Origin: Candidatus Tectimicrobiota bacterium
Lineage (GTDB): Bacteria > JACPUC01
NCBI GenBank assembly: GCA_016192455.1
Contig: JACPUC010000016.1
Location: 60,305 to 80,304 of the forward strand
Reading direction: 5' to 3'
Length of the DNA stretch: 20,000 nt
The translations under genes and the position numbers were made by a program. The number at the start of each line of letters is the position of its first letter. Positions within the stretch are counted from its first letter, which is position 1. Below, piece by piece: positions 1 to 8,437 of the stretch. Below the pieces are notes generated by a model. It was given only the letters and a program-made list of their open reading frames with translations, had not been told where the DNA came from and searched no databases.

Positions 1-833
1 TCCAGGGCAGTGACCAGGACCTCTGGCGGCACGCCGTCGTAGTAGGCCGTGATCGCCTGCGCAATCTCCTTCGAGGAGTGCGCGTCGGTCCACTGCATCC
101 CCTTGTGGATCGCGTTCGTGAACTTCTGGATGATGTCGGGGTGCGCCTTGATGTACGACGCCAGGGCGGCGAAGGTGGTGTAGGCGAGGAGGCCACCCTC
201 CACGCCGATGGAGGCGACCGTCGTGCCGATGCCCATCTTCTCGACCTGCGTGACCGCGGGCTCCGACATGGCTGTATAGTCGCCGCGCCCCTCGATGAAG
301 GCCGGCGCTTGGGTGGGGGGCGTCAGGGGCGTTACCGTAACGTCTTTCCCTGGCTGCAAGCCGTGCTTCGAAAGTACCCAGAGAAAGACAAAATGTGGGG
401 TGCTCGCAGGCCGGACCGTCAGCACCGTCTTGCCCTTCAACCCCGCCCAAGTGAACGCTGGCTGGCCCTTGCGCGCCACCAGGAAGGTCGTGTCGCGCTG
501 CGTGAGCTGCGCAAAGGTGAGGGCCGGGTCGGGCACGCCCTGCTCGACGGCGTAGTAGGTCACCTCGGGACCGAGGAGCGAGATGTCGTCCTGCTTCGTG
601 AGCAGGGCCGAGAGACTCTTGTCGCCGCCCCAGGCGGTGCGGAACTCGATCTCCAACCCTTCGTCGCCGAAGTAGCCATTGCTCAAGGCGACGTACTGCG
701 GCGCGTAGGCGAGGGACCGTACCACCTCATTGAAGCGCACCTTCTGCTTCGCCCAGCTCTGGGCGTGCGCCGCCGACAGGGCGACGGAGAGGCTGAGCAG
801 CAGCACCAGAACAAGGAGCACGCGTCTTCCCAT
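1..833 (-). CDS. ABC transporter substrate-binding protein, NMT1/SsuA/TauA (YtlA-like) family, paralogue 1; 3' end runs off the window
   Basis: Not in the ORF track (no stop in the window). Hand translation from ATG 833: MGRRVLLVLVLLLSLSVALSAAHAQSWAKQKVRFNEVVRSLAYAPQYVALSNGYF...AWGGDKSL..., open to position 1. Signal peptide; G-rich RBS (AAGGGGGG) upstream; colinear with 1210..2220 at offset 1387. Confidence 0.93.
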   Translation of the reverse strand, partial: MGRRVLLVLVLLLSLSVALSAAHAQSWAKQKVRFNEVVRSLAYAPQYVALSNGYFGDEGLEIEFRTAWGGDKSLSALLTKQDDISLLGPEVTYYAVEQGVPDPALTFAQLTQRDTTFLVARKGQPAFTWAGLKGKTVLTVRPASTPHFVFLWVLSKHGLQPGKDVTVTPLTPPTQAPAFIEGRGDYTAMSEPAVTQVEKMGIGTTVASIGVEGGLLAYTTFAALASYIKAHPDIIQKFTNAIHKGMQWTDAHSSKEIAQAITAYYDGVPPEVLVTAL

Positions 834-998
834 GGTATACCCCCCTTGAGCGTGAGTTTACCGAGACCTCTGAGTTAACAGCAGAACCTTGCCGCCTCGA
901 AACAGCGCCGGCGCCCCTCGGTCTGGCGCTCTGCCGCCGGCGCTCACGGTCTCTCACGCAGCGGCAGGGAGCGGGCAGGCGATGCGGAGGCCATCCCA

Positions 999-1121
999 TC
1001 ACTCCTTCCAGACCAGGAGCCGCCGCTCGAGGAGATTCACCGCCAGGCACATCGCGGTGGCGAGCACCAAGAGCACGGCGATGCTCGTCATCACGAGGTG
1101 CAGGTTGAAGAGGTTTCCGCC
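999..1121 (-). pseudogene. Relic of the 3' end (40 codons) of the ABC permease gene
   Basis: Translates GGNLFNLHLVMTSIAVLLVLATAMCLAVNLLERRLLVWKE*, versus the permease C-terminus GGHLFNLHLVMTSIAVLSVLATAMYLVVSLLERRLLVWKE* (2396..2518). No in-frame start codon between 1121 and the upstream gene's stop. Confidence 0.88.
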
Positions 1122-1209
1122 CCTTCGACCGAATCGGCTCCCATGATGCTGGAACGGGGCGATGCGACGCCATGCCGGCGCGACGGCGTATGACTCCGCC
1201 GTGTTCCTC

Positions 1210-2220
1210 CTACTTTTTCAGCTTGGCGGTCTCGACCGCCTTCTCGCCGAAGCCGTGGATGTTCACCTTCTCGATGGGAAGCTGCTTCTTCAGGGCCTTG
1301 TTGAAGACGAGGATATCCTGCAGCGCATTGGTCGCCTCATCGGAGATAATCGGGTCGCTGCGCCATGTCTGCTGCTTGCGGTAGCGCTCCAGGGCCGTCA
1401 CCAGGATGTCCATGGCAACGCCGTCGTAGTAGCTCTTGATCGCCTCGGCGATCTCCTTCGACGAGTGCGCGTCGGTCCACCGCATCCCCTTGTAGATCGC
1501 GTTCGTGAACTTCTGGATGATGTCCGGATGCGCCTTAATGTACGACGCCAGGGCGGCGTAGGTGGTGTAGGCGAGGAGGCCCCCCTCCAGGCCGAGGGAG
1601 GCGACCGTCGTGCCAATCCCCATTTTCTCAACCTGCGTGACCCCAACCTCCCACAGGGCGGCGTAGTCGCCGCGCCCTTCCATGAATGCTGGCGCCAGGG
1701 TGGGGGACGACAGGGGCGTTACCATAACGTCTTTCCCTGGCTGCAGGCCATGCTTCGCGAGCACCCAGAGAAAGACCATGTGAGGAGTGACCCCGGGCGA
1801 GGTGGTCAGCACGGTCTTACCCTTCAACCCCGCCCAGGTGAACGGCGGCTGGCCCTTGCGCGCCACGAGAAAGGTGACGTCGCGCTGCGTGAGCTGCGCA
1901 AAGGTCAGGACCGGGTCGGGCACGCCCTGCTCGGTGGCGTAGTAGGTCACCTCGGGACCGAGGAGCGCGATCTCATCCTGCTTCGTGATCAGACCCGACA
2001 GGCTCTTGCCGCCGCCCCAGGCGGTGCGGAACTCGATCTCCAGCCCCTCGTCGCCGAAGTAGCCATTGCTCAAGGCGACGTACTGCGGCGTGTAGCCGAG
2101 GGACCGTACCACCTCACTGAAGCGCACCTTCTGCTTCGCCCCACTTTGCGCCTGCGCCGCCGCGAGGGCGACGGAGAGGCTGAGCAGCAGCACCAGAACA
2201 AAGAGGACACGTCTTCCCAT
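1210..2220 (-). CDS. ABC transporter substrate-binding protein, NMT1/SsuA/TauA (YtlA-like) family, paralogue 2
   Basis: 336 aa; signal peptide; motifs YTPQYVA..GYF.DEGL.IEF and FAQLTQRD.TFLV; downstream of the ATPase and permease in the same orientation. Confidence 0.95.
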   Translation of the reverse strand: MGRRVLFVLVLLLSLSVALAAAQAQSGAKQKVRFSEVVRSLGYTPQYVALSNGYFGDEGLEIEFRTAWGGGKSLSGLITKQDEIALLGPEVTYYATEQGVPDPVLTFAQLTQRDVTFLVARKGQPPFTWAGLKGKTVLTTSPGVTPHMVFLWVLAKHGLQPGKDVMVTPLSSPTLAPAFMEGRGDYAALWEVGVTQVEKMGIGTTVASLGLEGGLLAYTTYAALASYIKAHPDIIQKFTNAIYKGMRWTDAHSSKEIAEAIKSYYDGVAMDILVTALERYRKQQTWRSDPIISDEATNALQDILVFNKALKKQLPIEKVNIHGFGEKAVETAKLKK

Positions 2221-2395
2221 GGTCTACCCCCCCTTTCGAGCGAGTTGAGAGATCAGTCTGGACTGACAGGATCACCTGCCGCCCCAGGAGCGGGCAGGCT
2301 CTCCCTCGTGCCGACGCGCCGCCGCCTGCGCCGGCGGTGTGCAGAGCCGCGGCGGGCGGCGGACGGAACTTGCCGGCGCCGCCCCAGCCGGGCGC

Positions 2396-3250
2396 TCACT
2401 CCTTCCAAACCAGCAGCCGCCGCTCCAGCAGACTCACCACCAGGTACATCGCGGTGGCGAGCACCGAGAGCACGGCGATGCTCGTCATCACCAGGTGCAG
2501 GTTGAAGAGGTGGCCGCCGTAGATGATCAGGTAGCCGAGGCCGCGCTTCGAGACCAGGAACTCCCCCACGATCACGCCGATCCAGGTCAGGCCGATATTG
2601 GTCTTTAGCGCGCCGATAATTGCAGGCATACTGCCCGGCAAGACGACCTTCTGGAGCACCTGCCACTTGCTGGCGCCGAAGGTGCGCAACAGCTTGATCT
2701 TCTCCGGGCTCACCTCGTTGAAGCCAGCGGCGATCATGAGGATGGAGACGATGACGGAGATGGTCAGCGCCACCCCCAGGATGGCGGCGGGGCCGAAGCC
2801 CAGCCAGACGATGAAGACCGGCCCCAGGGCGATCTTCGGGATGCTGTTCGCCACCACGATGTAAGGGTCAAAGACGCGCGCCAGGAACTCCGACCACCAG
2901 AGCACCGTGGCGGTGAGGAGGCCGAGGAGGGTGCCGATCACAAAGGCGACGATGGTTTCGACGAGGGTGGCCCAGACGTGTTGGTAGAGGGAGCCATCGC
3001 CAAGCAGGTCGAGGAAGGTGCGCAGGATCTTCAGCGGCTGGCTGGTGATGAAGGGATTGATGAGACCGAGCCGCGCCGCCACCTCCCAGATGATGAGGAA
3101 GCCCACGAAGATGCCGGCCTGCGTCAGGAGGACGGCCCGGTTGCGGCGCCGCAGCCGCCGCAGGTACGCGGCGTGCAGTTGGCTGCGGGCGCCCGCCGGC
3201 AGTCTGGCCTCGGCAGGTCGTGCCCCTGTTCGCGCCTCAGTGGTCTTCAT
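2396..3250 (-). CDS. ABC transporter permease, NitT/TauT (SsuC/YtlD-like)
   Basis: Multiple hydrophobic segments; NSIPKIALGP; EAA-loop equivalent LLRTFGASKWQ...VVLP; VIVGEFLVSKRGLGYLI. Overlaps the ATPase stop by 14 nt. Confidence 0.95.
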   Translation of the reverse strand: MKTTEARTGARPAEARLPAGARSQLHAAYLRRLRRRNRAVLLTQAGIFVGFLIIWEVAARLGLINPFITSQPLKILRTFLDLLGDGSLYQHVWATLVETIVAFVIGTLLGLLTATVLWWSEFLARVFDPYIVVANSIPKIALGPVFIVWLGFGPAAILGVALTISVIVSILMIAAGFNEVSPEKIKLLRTFGASKWQVLQKVVLPGSMPAIIGALKTNIGLTWIGVIVGEFLVSKRGLGYLIIYGGHLFNLHLVMTSIAVLSVLATAMYLVVSLLERRLLVWKE

Positions 3251-4019
3251 AGCCAGCGTTCAGCTCCTGCCAGAGGCGGTCGAAGTACTCGTTGAACTCC
3301 GGGGCCTTGCGCGCCAACAAAGGCGACGGTCCCTCGCGGCTCAGGATGATGGGCAGGTCCAGGCGCACGCTGCTGGGCGGCAGGGTGAAGAGGAGGACGC
3401 GGTCGGACATCGAGATGGCTTCCCCGATGTCGTGCGTCACCAGCACCACCGTCTTGCCCGCGTCGCGCAGGATGGCGTGCACCTCGTCCTCGAGCCGCAA
3501 GCGCGTCTGGTAGTCGAGAGCCGAAAAGGGCTCGTCGAGCAGCACGATCTCGGGGTTGATCGCCAGCGTGCGGATGAGGGCGACGCGCTGCCGCATGCCG
3601 CCGGAGAGCTGCCGCGGGTAGTAGTGACGGAAGCGCCACAAACCATAGCGCTCCAGCAGCTCAGCCACGTTGGCGCGCGTCGTGCGGCTGGCCTTCCCCT
3701 GGATTTCCAGGCCCAGCATGACGTTCTCCATGCAGGTGCGCCATTCGAAGAGGTGATCCTGCTGGAGCATGTAGCCGATCTTCGGCGACGGCCCGATCTG
3801 CGCCTCGCCATCCACGAGCACCTTGCCGGAGGTCGCCGTGAGCAGCCCGGCGATGAGGGAGAGGAGGGTCGTCTTGCCGCAGCCGCTGGGGCCGATGAAG
3901 CTGACGAACTCCCCCTGCTGCACCACGAAGGAGAGGTTCGCCAGCACCTCCAGCTCGTCGCTCGGCGTGAGGTAGGTGAGGCAGACGTTGTCGAAGACGA
4001 TTTGCGCCGCGTTCGCCAT
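3237..4019 (-). CDS. ABC transporter ATP-binding protein, NitT/TauT (SsuB/YtlC-like)
   Basis: Walker A GPSGCGKT, signature LSGGMRQR, Walker B LLDEPFSALD, H-loop VTHD. Confidence 0.97.
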   Translation of the reverse strand: MANAAQIVFDNVCLTYLTPSDELEVLANLSFVVQQGEFVSFIGPSGCGKTTLLSLIAGLLTATSGKVLVDGEAQIGPSPKIGYMLQQDHLFEWRTCMENVMLGLEIQGKASRTTRANVAELLERYGLWRFRHYYPRQLSGGMRQRVALIRTLAINPEIVLLDEPFSALDYQTRLRLEDEVHAILRDAGKTVVLVTHDIGEAISMSDRVLLFTLPPSSVRLDLPIILSREGPSPLLARKAPEFNEYFDRLWQELNAGYEDH

Positions 4020-4026
4020 GCGCTAG

Positions 4027-4055
4027 AAAGTAACGGCAGGGCGTCACTGCGTCAA
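4027..4055 (-). promoter_or_regulatory. Putative sigma70 promoter of the ABC operon, probably leaderless
   Basis: Minus strand reads TTGACG-N17-TACTTT-N7-ATG(4019); no Shine-Dalgarno in front of the ATG. Confidence 0.6.
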
Positions 4056-4154
4056 CCAAAATCGCGGCCGCCGCCCGCCTGGTGGATGCGCGGGCGCGGC
4101 TGGCTCGTGACCGCGGGGAGCAACGCCGAGGGAGCAATGCAAAGGAGGGAGACG

Positions 4155-4913
4155 ATGCAGGTCCTTGAAGCCATCAGGTCGAGGCGGGCGATCCACCTGG
4201 GGTCCTACCTCGACACGCCGATCGCCGCGGAGATCGTCCGCGAGGTGCTCGACGCCGGACGCTGGGCCCCCTCCGGCGCCAACAACCAGCCCTGCCACTT
4301 CGTGGTGGTGCGCGAGGAAGCGGCTCGGCGCTGGGTGATCGAGCACATGCTGGAGGTCCTGCGGCTCAGCGGCCAAGTCGGTCGCCCGCCGTACCGCGAG
4401 TCGCTGCGCACCTACGCGGAGTACCTCGCCACCCAGGACCCCGTGCCGCCGCCGGTCATGCTCATCACCCTGGCGGAGCAGGACAAGCGCGAGACCCACG
4501 TCTACAACCACGGCGGCCTGCACATCATGGCGGCCTGCGCGGCGATCCAGAACATGATGCTGGCGGCCTGGTCCTTCGGCCTCGGCTCCACCTGGCTGAC
4601 GTTCTACGACGACGTGCGGGTGAAGGCGCATTTCGCCATCCCCACCGAGCTCGACGTGGTGGGGATCGTGCTGCTGGCCTACCCGCGCTCTGTCCCGCGC
4701 GTGCCGCCGTCGATGTACGGCTTCGGCTTCCGCGTCCGCCGGCCCCTCGAGGAGATGGTCCACGAGGAGCGCTTCGACGAGGCGAAATTCGCGGCGCTGC
4801 GCCAGCGTGACCCCTTCCTGCACTGGATCCCGGAAGAGAGGCGGGCGCGGCTCGTGGCCGAGGAGAACCAGCGGGCGGCGGCGCAGCGGCGGGCCGCCGG
4901 GGGAAGCCCCTGA
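4155..4913 (+). CDS. Nitroreductase-family flavoprotein (252 aa)
   Basis: Start reassigned from the ORF track's 3018: AAGGAGG RBS at 4142-4148, then ATG 4155. Motifs EAIRSRRAI, WAPSGANNQP, AIQNMMLAAWSFGLGSTW, LAYP, RRPLEEMVHEERF. Confidence 0.92.
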   Translation: MQVLEAIRSRRAIHLGSYLDTPIAAEIVREVLDAGRWAPSGANNQPCHFVVVREEAARRWVIEHMLEVLRLSGQVGRPPYRESLRTYAEYLATQDPVPPPVMLITLAEQDKRETHVYNHGGLHIMAACAAIQNMMLAAWSFGLGSTWLTFYDDVRVKAHFAIPTELDVVGIVLLAYPRSVPRVPPSMYGFGFRVRRPLEEMVHEERFDEAKFAALRQRDPFLHWIPEERRARLVAEENQRAAAQRRAAGGSP

Positions 4914-4915
4914 GT

Positions 4916-4940
4916 GTAGGGGCGGGGCTTGCCCCGCCCG
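4916..4940 (+). repeat. GTAG-family REP-like palindrome, copy 1
   Basis: GTAG-GGGCGGGGC-TT-GCCCCGCCC; identical over 25 nt to the reverse complement of 11769..11793; lies between convergent genes. Confidence 0.8.
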
Positions 4941-5018
4941 ACGGGCCGCCCAACCACCTATGAAGAGGGCAGGTTCACGGCACGGGGCGAGGGGGCGGAC
5001 CTCCTCACCTGCCGCACG

Positions 5019-5807
5019 TCAGACGACGCCCAGCCCCAGGGCGACGGCCAGCAGCAGGAGGAGGGTGGCGACGAGGTAACGCACCCGCCGGAAGGTCACC
5101 CGGTGCAGGAGGCGCGTGCCGATGATGGTGCCGCAAAGGGCCGCCGCCATGCCCGCCGGGATGAGGCCGAGGCCGCCGCTGCCGCCGAGCAGCCTGAAGG
5201 CGCCGGCGGCGAACGCCCGCCCATAGACGATGAGGCGGGCGACATCGACGAGCACCGCGCAGACCGCCGTGGTGCCGAGAAACGCCTGCGTGCTCAGGCC
5301 GCTGCGTACGAGGAAGGCGGCGCGCAGCGCTCCCTGATGGCCCGACACCCCTCCGAAAAAGCCCGACAGCGCCCCGCCGAGGATCAGGTAGCGCGGCGGC
5401 ACGGTGAGCTCGGCCAGGCGGGGCAGCGCTTCCAGCAGGGCGAATCCGCCCATGAGCACGGCGATAATGAGCTTGGCGGCGGTGATCTCGAAGCGCCGCG
5501 AGCCCAGGCTGTAAGCGACGAGGGTGGGCAGGCTCGTCGCGTAGGTGAGGACGTAAGCGCCGGCGAACGCCGCCAGCACCGCCGCCACCCCGAAGCGCAG
5601 CGCCACCCGGCGATCGGCGTACGGACCCAGGAGGCCGAGCTTCAGCAGGTTGTTCGCCAAGTGCACGACGGCCGTCGCCGCCACCGCCGCCTCCACCGGG
5701 AAGAAAAGGACGAAGACCGGCAGCAGCAGCGTCCCCAGCCCGAAGCCGGAGTACAGCGTCAACAGCGACGCGAACCCCGCCGCGAGGCAGACGATCACGT
5801 AGTCCAC
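5019..5807 (-). CDS. Sulfite exporter TauE/SafE (TSUP) family membrane protein
   Basis: Likely GTG start at 5807 (VDYVIVCLAAGFASLLTLYSGFGLGTLLLP); second repeat GALSGFFGGVSGHQGALR; highly hydrophobic throughout. Start codon uncertain. Confidence 0.85.
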   Translation of the reverse strand: MDYVIVCLAAGFASLLTLYSGFGLGTLLLPVFVLFFPVEAAVAATAVVHLANNLLKLGLLGPYADRRVALRFGVAAVLAAFAGAYVLTYATSLPTLVAYSLGSRRFEITAAKLIIAVLMGGFALLEALPRLAELTVPPRYLILGGALSGFFGGVSGHQGALRAAFLVRSGLSTQAFLGTTAVCAVLVDVARLIVYGRAFAAGAFRLLGGSGGLGLIPAGMAAALCGTIIGTRLLHRVTFRRVRYLVATLLLLLAVALGLGVV

Positions 5808-5901
5808 GGAATGGCTTTCAGAAGGAGTGGCGCGGCAGGCACGCCGCCTTGGCGGGAGGTGGGGGGACGAGACCGGAACGCCGCCGCGCACCGAGGGGTA
5901 A

Positions 5902-5925
5902 GGGCGGTTCGCGAATCGCCCCTAC
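5902..5925 (-). repeat. GTAG-family REP-like palindrome, second subtype
   Basis: Minus strand GTAG-GGGCGATTC-GC-GAACCGCCC (9-bp stem, one mismatch); shares GTAGGGGCG...CGCCC with copy 1. Confidence 0.7.
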
Positions 5926-6016
5926 AAAACGCGTTGGAACCACGGCTGAACACGGATGCGCACCGAGAAGAGGCGCGCTACGGTCGGCGGCCGGCGCCAC
6001 CTCTCGCGGCCACGGC

Positions 6017-6637
6017 TTAGCCGATCTTGCTGATCGTTTCCTCGACGCTGAGCACCTGGGCGAAGGCCAGCGCCAACGTCGAGCAGGTCGCCTTCTGCAC
6101 CTCCGCCGCCGTCATCGGCCCCATCCCCAGGTCGGGCAGGCCGAAGGTGGCCGTGCCGTCGCGCAGGAAGAGGACGCGGAAATCGCGCACGTTCGCCTCG
6201 CGCGCCGTCGTCTCGCAGCAGACGTTGGTGGCGATGCCGCCGATGATGACAGTGTCGATGCCGTTCGAGCGCAGGATCAGCTCCAGGTCGGTGCCGTGGA
6301 AGGCGCCGAAGCGGGGCTTGTGCACCACGATGTCCCCCGGCTCGATCTTCAGGCCCTTGTGGAACGCCGCCGTCGCCGCGCCTTCGTTGATGATCCCCTG
6401 GCGCACCGGCGGGATGATCTCCCCCATGACGCCGGTGTTGCTGCCGTCGGCGCGCACCACGTGGGCAGTGTGGATGACGCGGATGCCGCGCGCCCGGCAG
6501 ACCGCCGCCAGGCGGTTCAGGCGCTCCAGCACCAGCGGTCCCTCCGGAGCGGAGACGGGCGAGCCCTCGACGAAGCAGCTTTGCAGATCAATGATCACGA
6601 GCGCCGTCCTGGCCGGCTCGATGGCGAAATCAACCAT
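6017..6637 (-). CDS. Isochorismatase-family cysteine hydrolase (206 aa)
   Basis: GAAGGGAG RBS then ATG 6637 (MVDFAIEPARTALVIIDLQ). Asp/Lys/Cys triad motifs IIDLQ, HKPRFGAF, GIATNVCCETTAR. Confidence 0.93.
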   Translation of the reverse strand: MVDFAIEPARTALVIIDLQSCFVEGSPVSAPEGPLVLERLNRLAAVCRARGIRVIHTAHVVRADGSNTGVMGEIIPPVRQGIINEGAATAAFHKGLKIEPGDIVVHKPRFGAFHGTDLELILRSNGIDTVIIGGIATNVCCETTAREANVRDFRVLFLRDGTATFGLPDLGMGPMTAAEVQKATCSTLALAFAQVLSVEETISKIG

Positions 6638-6841
6638 GGTGTCTCCCTTCCAATCACCGGCGCGTCTCCGCCGCCGCCTCGTGAACCTGCGAAGCCCACT
6701 CCCATGGAGCCGGCGGAGTGATGCCGCTGGCGGCTCCGCTTCACGTTCTGCGCTGATCGTAGGCAAGGGCCGGGGCGAAATCAAGCTCCCCCGCCGCTGC
6801 GCCAAAGTCGGCTCACGTCGATGGGCGCCTCTCCCGTCTCT

Positions 6842-6873
6842 CCTTGACTCAAGGTCGCCGCGCGCCACACAAT
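6842..6873 (+). promoter_or_regulatory. Putative sigma70 promoter with an overlapping palindrome, upstream of the CoA ligase unit
   Basis: TTGACT(6844-6849)-N18-CACAAT(6868-6873); perfect inverted repeat CCTTGA-C-TCAAGG (6842-6854) covers the -35 box. Confidence 0.45.
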
Positions 6874-6953
6874 GTCACCAAGCAGCGCCGCCGGGGCAGG
6901 GTCGGGACACGCAGCGTGGGTCGCTCCGCCCACCAGGAGAAGGAATCCAACGC

Positions 6954-8423
6954 ATGGCCGTGCAGAAGAAGTTCAGCCGCAGAGACTGGACCAGGTTGGT
7001 GAACTCATTCCGCTACCAGAAGCGGCGGCCGGCCTCCAGCAGCAAGTACTGGGACGAGCGCATCGAGACGATGTCGCGCGACGAGCTGCGGCAGGTGCAG
7101 GAGACGAAGCTGAAGGCGCTTCTCCACTACCTGCGGGACAACAGCCCGTGGTACCGGCGGCGTTTCAAGGAGATGGGGCTGGAGCCGGGCGACGTGCGCG
7201 GCCTCGAGGACCTGCCGAAGCTTCCCATGACCAAGAAGGAAGATTGGTCCCAGAATCAAGTGGAGAAGCCCCCCTTCGGCGACTTCCACTGCGTCACGCC
7301 GCGGCAGTGGGCCAGGGACGGCTGGATGCTCTACTCGACCGGCGGCACCACCGCCAAGCCCCGCTTCTTCAACTTCACGCACCATGACAAGGATATCTGG
7401 GCCTACGGCTGGGCGCGCGCCTACTGGTCCTATGGGCTGCGGCCCGGCACGGTCTTCTTCAACACTTCCGTCTACGGCCCCTTCCCCGGCATGTGGGGGT
7501 CGCAATACGGCGCCCACCTCATGCGCTGCCCCATCATCCCAGGGGGCGGCATGGATTCGCGTCGGCGCCTCTTCTTCATCCAGGAGACGAACGTCACCTG
7601 CGTCGTCGGCGTGCCGTCGTACGTCCTGCACCTCGGCCAGGTGGCGAAGAGCGAGTACGGCATTGATCCGGCGAAAGACACCAAGGTCACCGATCTCGTC
7701 ACCATGGCCGAGCCCGGCCCCTGCGTGCCGTCGAGCAAGCAGCGCATCGAGGAGGCCTGGGGCGGGGCGCGCTTGCACGACCTCTTCGGCCACACCGAGT
7801 GCTTCCCGATGGCGGCGGGCTGGTCCTGCGCCGAGGAGACGGCGGTGCGCGGGCGTCCGATGCGCGACCACCTCTCCGAGGACCTCGGCATCTTCGAGGT
7901 GCTCGACTCCGAGACCTTCGATCCCCTGCCGCCGGGCCGGCGCGGCGTCCTCGTCGTCACCAACCTGTGGAGCGAAGGCATCCCGGCGCTGCGCTACCTG
8001 ATGGGCGACTACATGGTCTACAGCACCGAACCGTGCGCCTGCGGCCGCACCTTCGCGCAGGCGGACGGCGGCCTCATGGGACGCGCCGACCACACCCTGC
8101 GCGTGCGCGGCGTCTGGATCATCCCCGGCGCCGTGGAGGAGGTGGTGCGCGGCTTCCCCGATCTGGACGACGAGTTCCAGCTCGTCGCCGACAGCGTGGG
8201 CGATCGCGACATCTGCACCCTGCGCGTCGAGCCGCGCCCGACGATCCCGAAGGAGGCATGGCCGGCGCTGCAGAAGAAGGTCGCCCAGGAGATGCGCTTC
8301 GTGCTCGGGCTCGGGGTGGAGGTGGAGCTCTGCGCGCACGACTCCCTGCCCCGCTTCCAGCGCGGCGACCTCGACGCCAAGGCGGTGCGCGTCAAGGACC
8401 TGCGCAAGGCGCCGGGCGCTTAA
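6954..8423 (+). CDS. Phenylacetate-CoA ligase (PaaK)-family adenylating enzyme (489 aa)
   Basis: AGGAGAAGGA RBS then ATG 6954 (the ORF track's 6027 start is a spurious extension). P-loop STGGTTAKP, FGHTE, LRYLMGD, CACGRT, GRAD, C-terminal KAVRVKDLR. Confidence 0.92.
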   Translation: MAVQKKFSRRDWTRLVNSFRYQKRRPASSSKYWDERIETMSRDELRQVQETKLKALLHYLRDNSPWYRRRFKEMGLEPGDVRGLEDLPKLPMTKKEDWSQNQVEKPPFGDFHCVTPRQWARDGWMLYSTGGTTAKPRFFNFTHHDKDIWAYGWARAYWSYGLRPGTVFFNTSVYGPFPGMWGSQYGAHLMRCPIIPGGGMDSRRRLFFIQETNVTCVVGVPSYVLHLGQVAKSEYGIDPAKDTKVTDLVTMAEPGPCVPSSKQRIEEAWGGARLHDLFGHTECFPMAAGWSCAEETAVRGRPMRDHLSEDLGIFEVLDSETFDPLPPGRRGVLVVTNLWSEGIPALRYLMGDYMVYSTEPCACGRTFAQADGGLMGRADHTLRVRGVWIIPGAVEEVVRGFPDLDDEFQLVADSVGDRDICTLRVEPRPTIPKEAWPALQKKVAQEMRFVLGLGVEVELCAHDSLPRFQRGDLDAKAVRVKDLRKAPGA

Positions 8424-8437
8424 CAGACATCCATAAG

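Noticed and set aside
904..944. 10-bp GC inverted repeat (similar stem at 2328-2379) as a terminator
   Set aside because: No U-tract on either strand and it lies inside an apparent operon; GC stems are common at this composition.
78..2505. Plus-strand ORFs 78..878 and 1162..2505, similar to each other
   Set aside because: Antisense shadows of the two SBP genes. Their similarity just reflects the duplication, and they carry no motifs.
3018..4154. Apparent 631-aa nitroreductase fusion
   Set aside because: The N-terminal part is the antisense of the ABC ATPase; a strong RBS supports ATG 4155.
6027..6953. Apparent 798-aa CoA ligase with a long N-terminal domain
   Set aside because: The extension is antisense to the isochorismatase gene and crosses the promoter region; the RBS supports ATG 6954.
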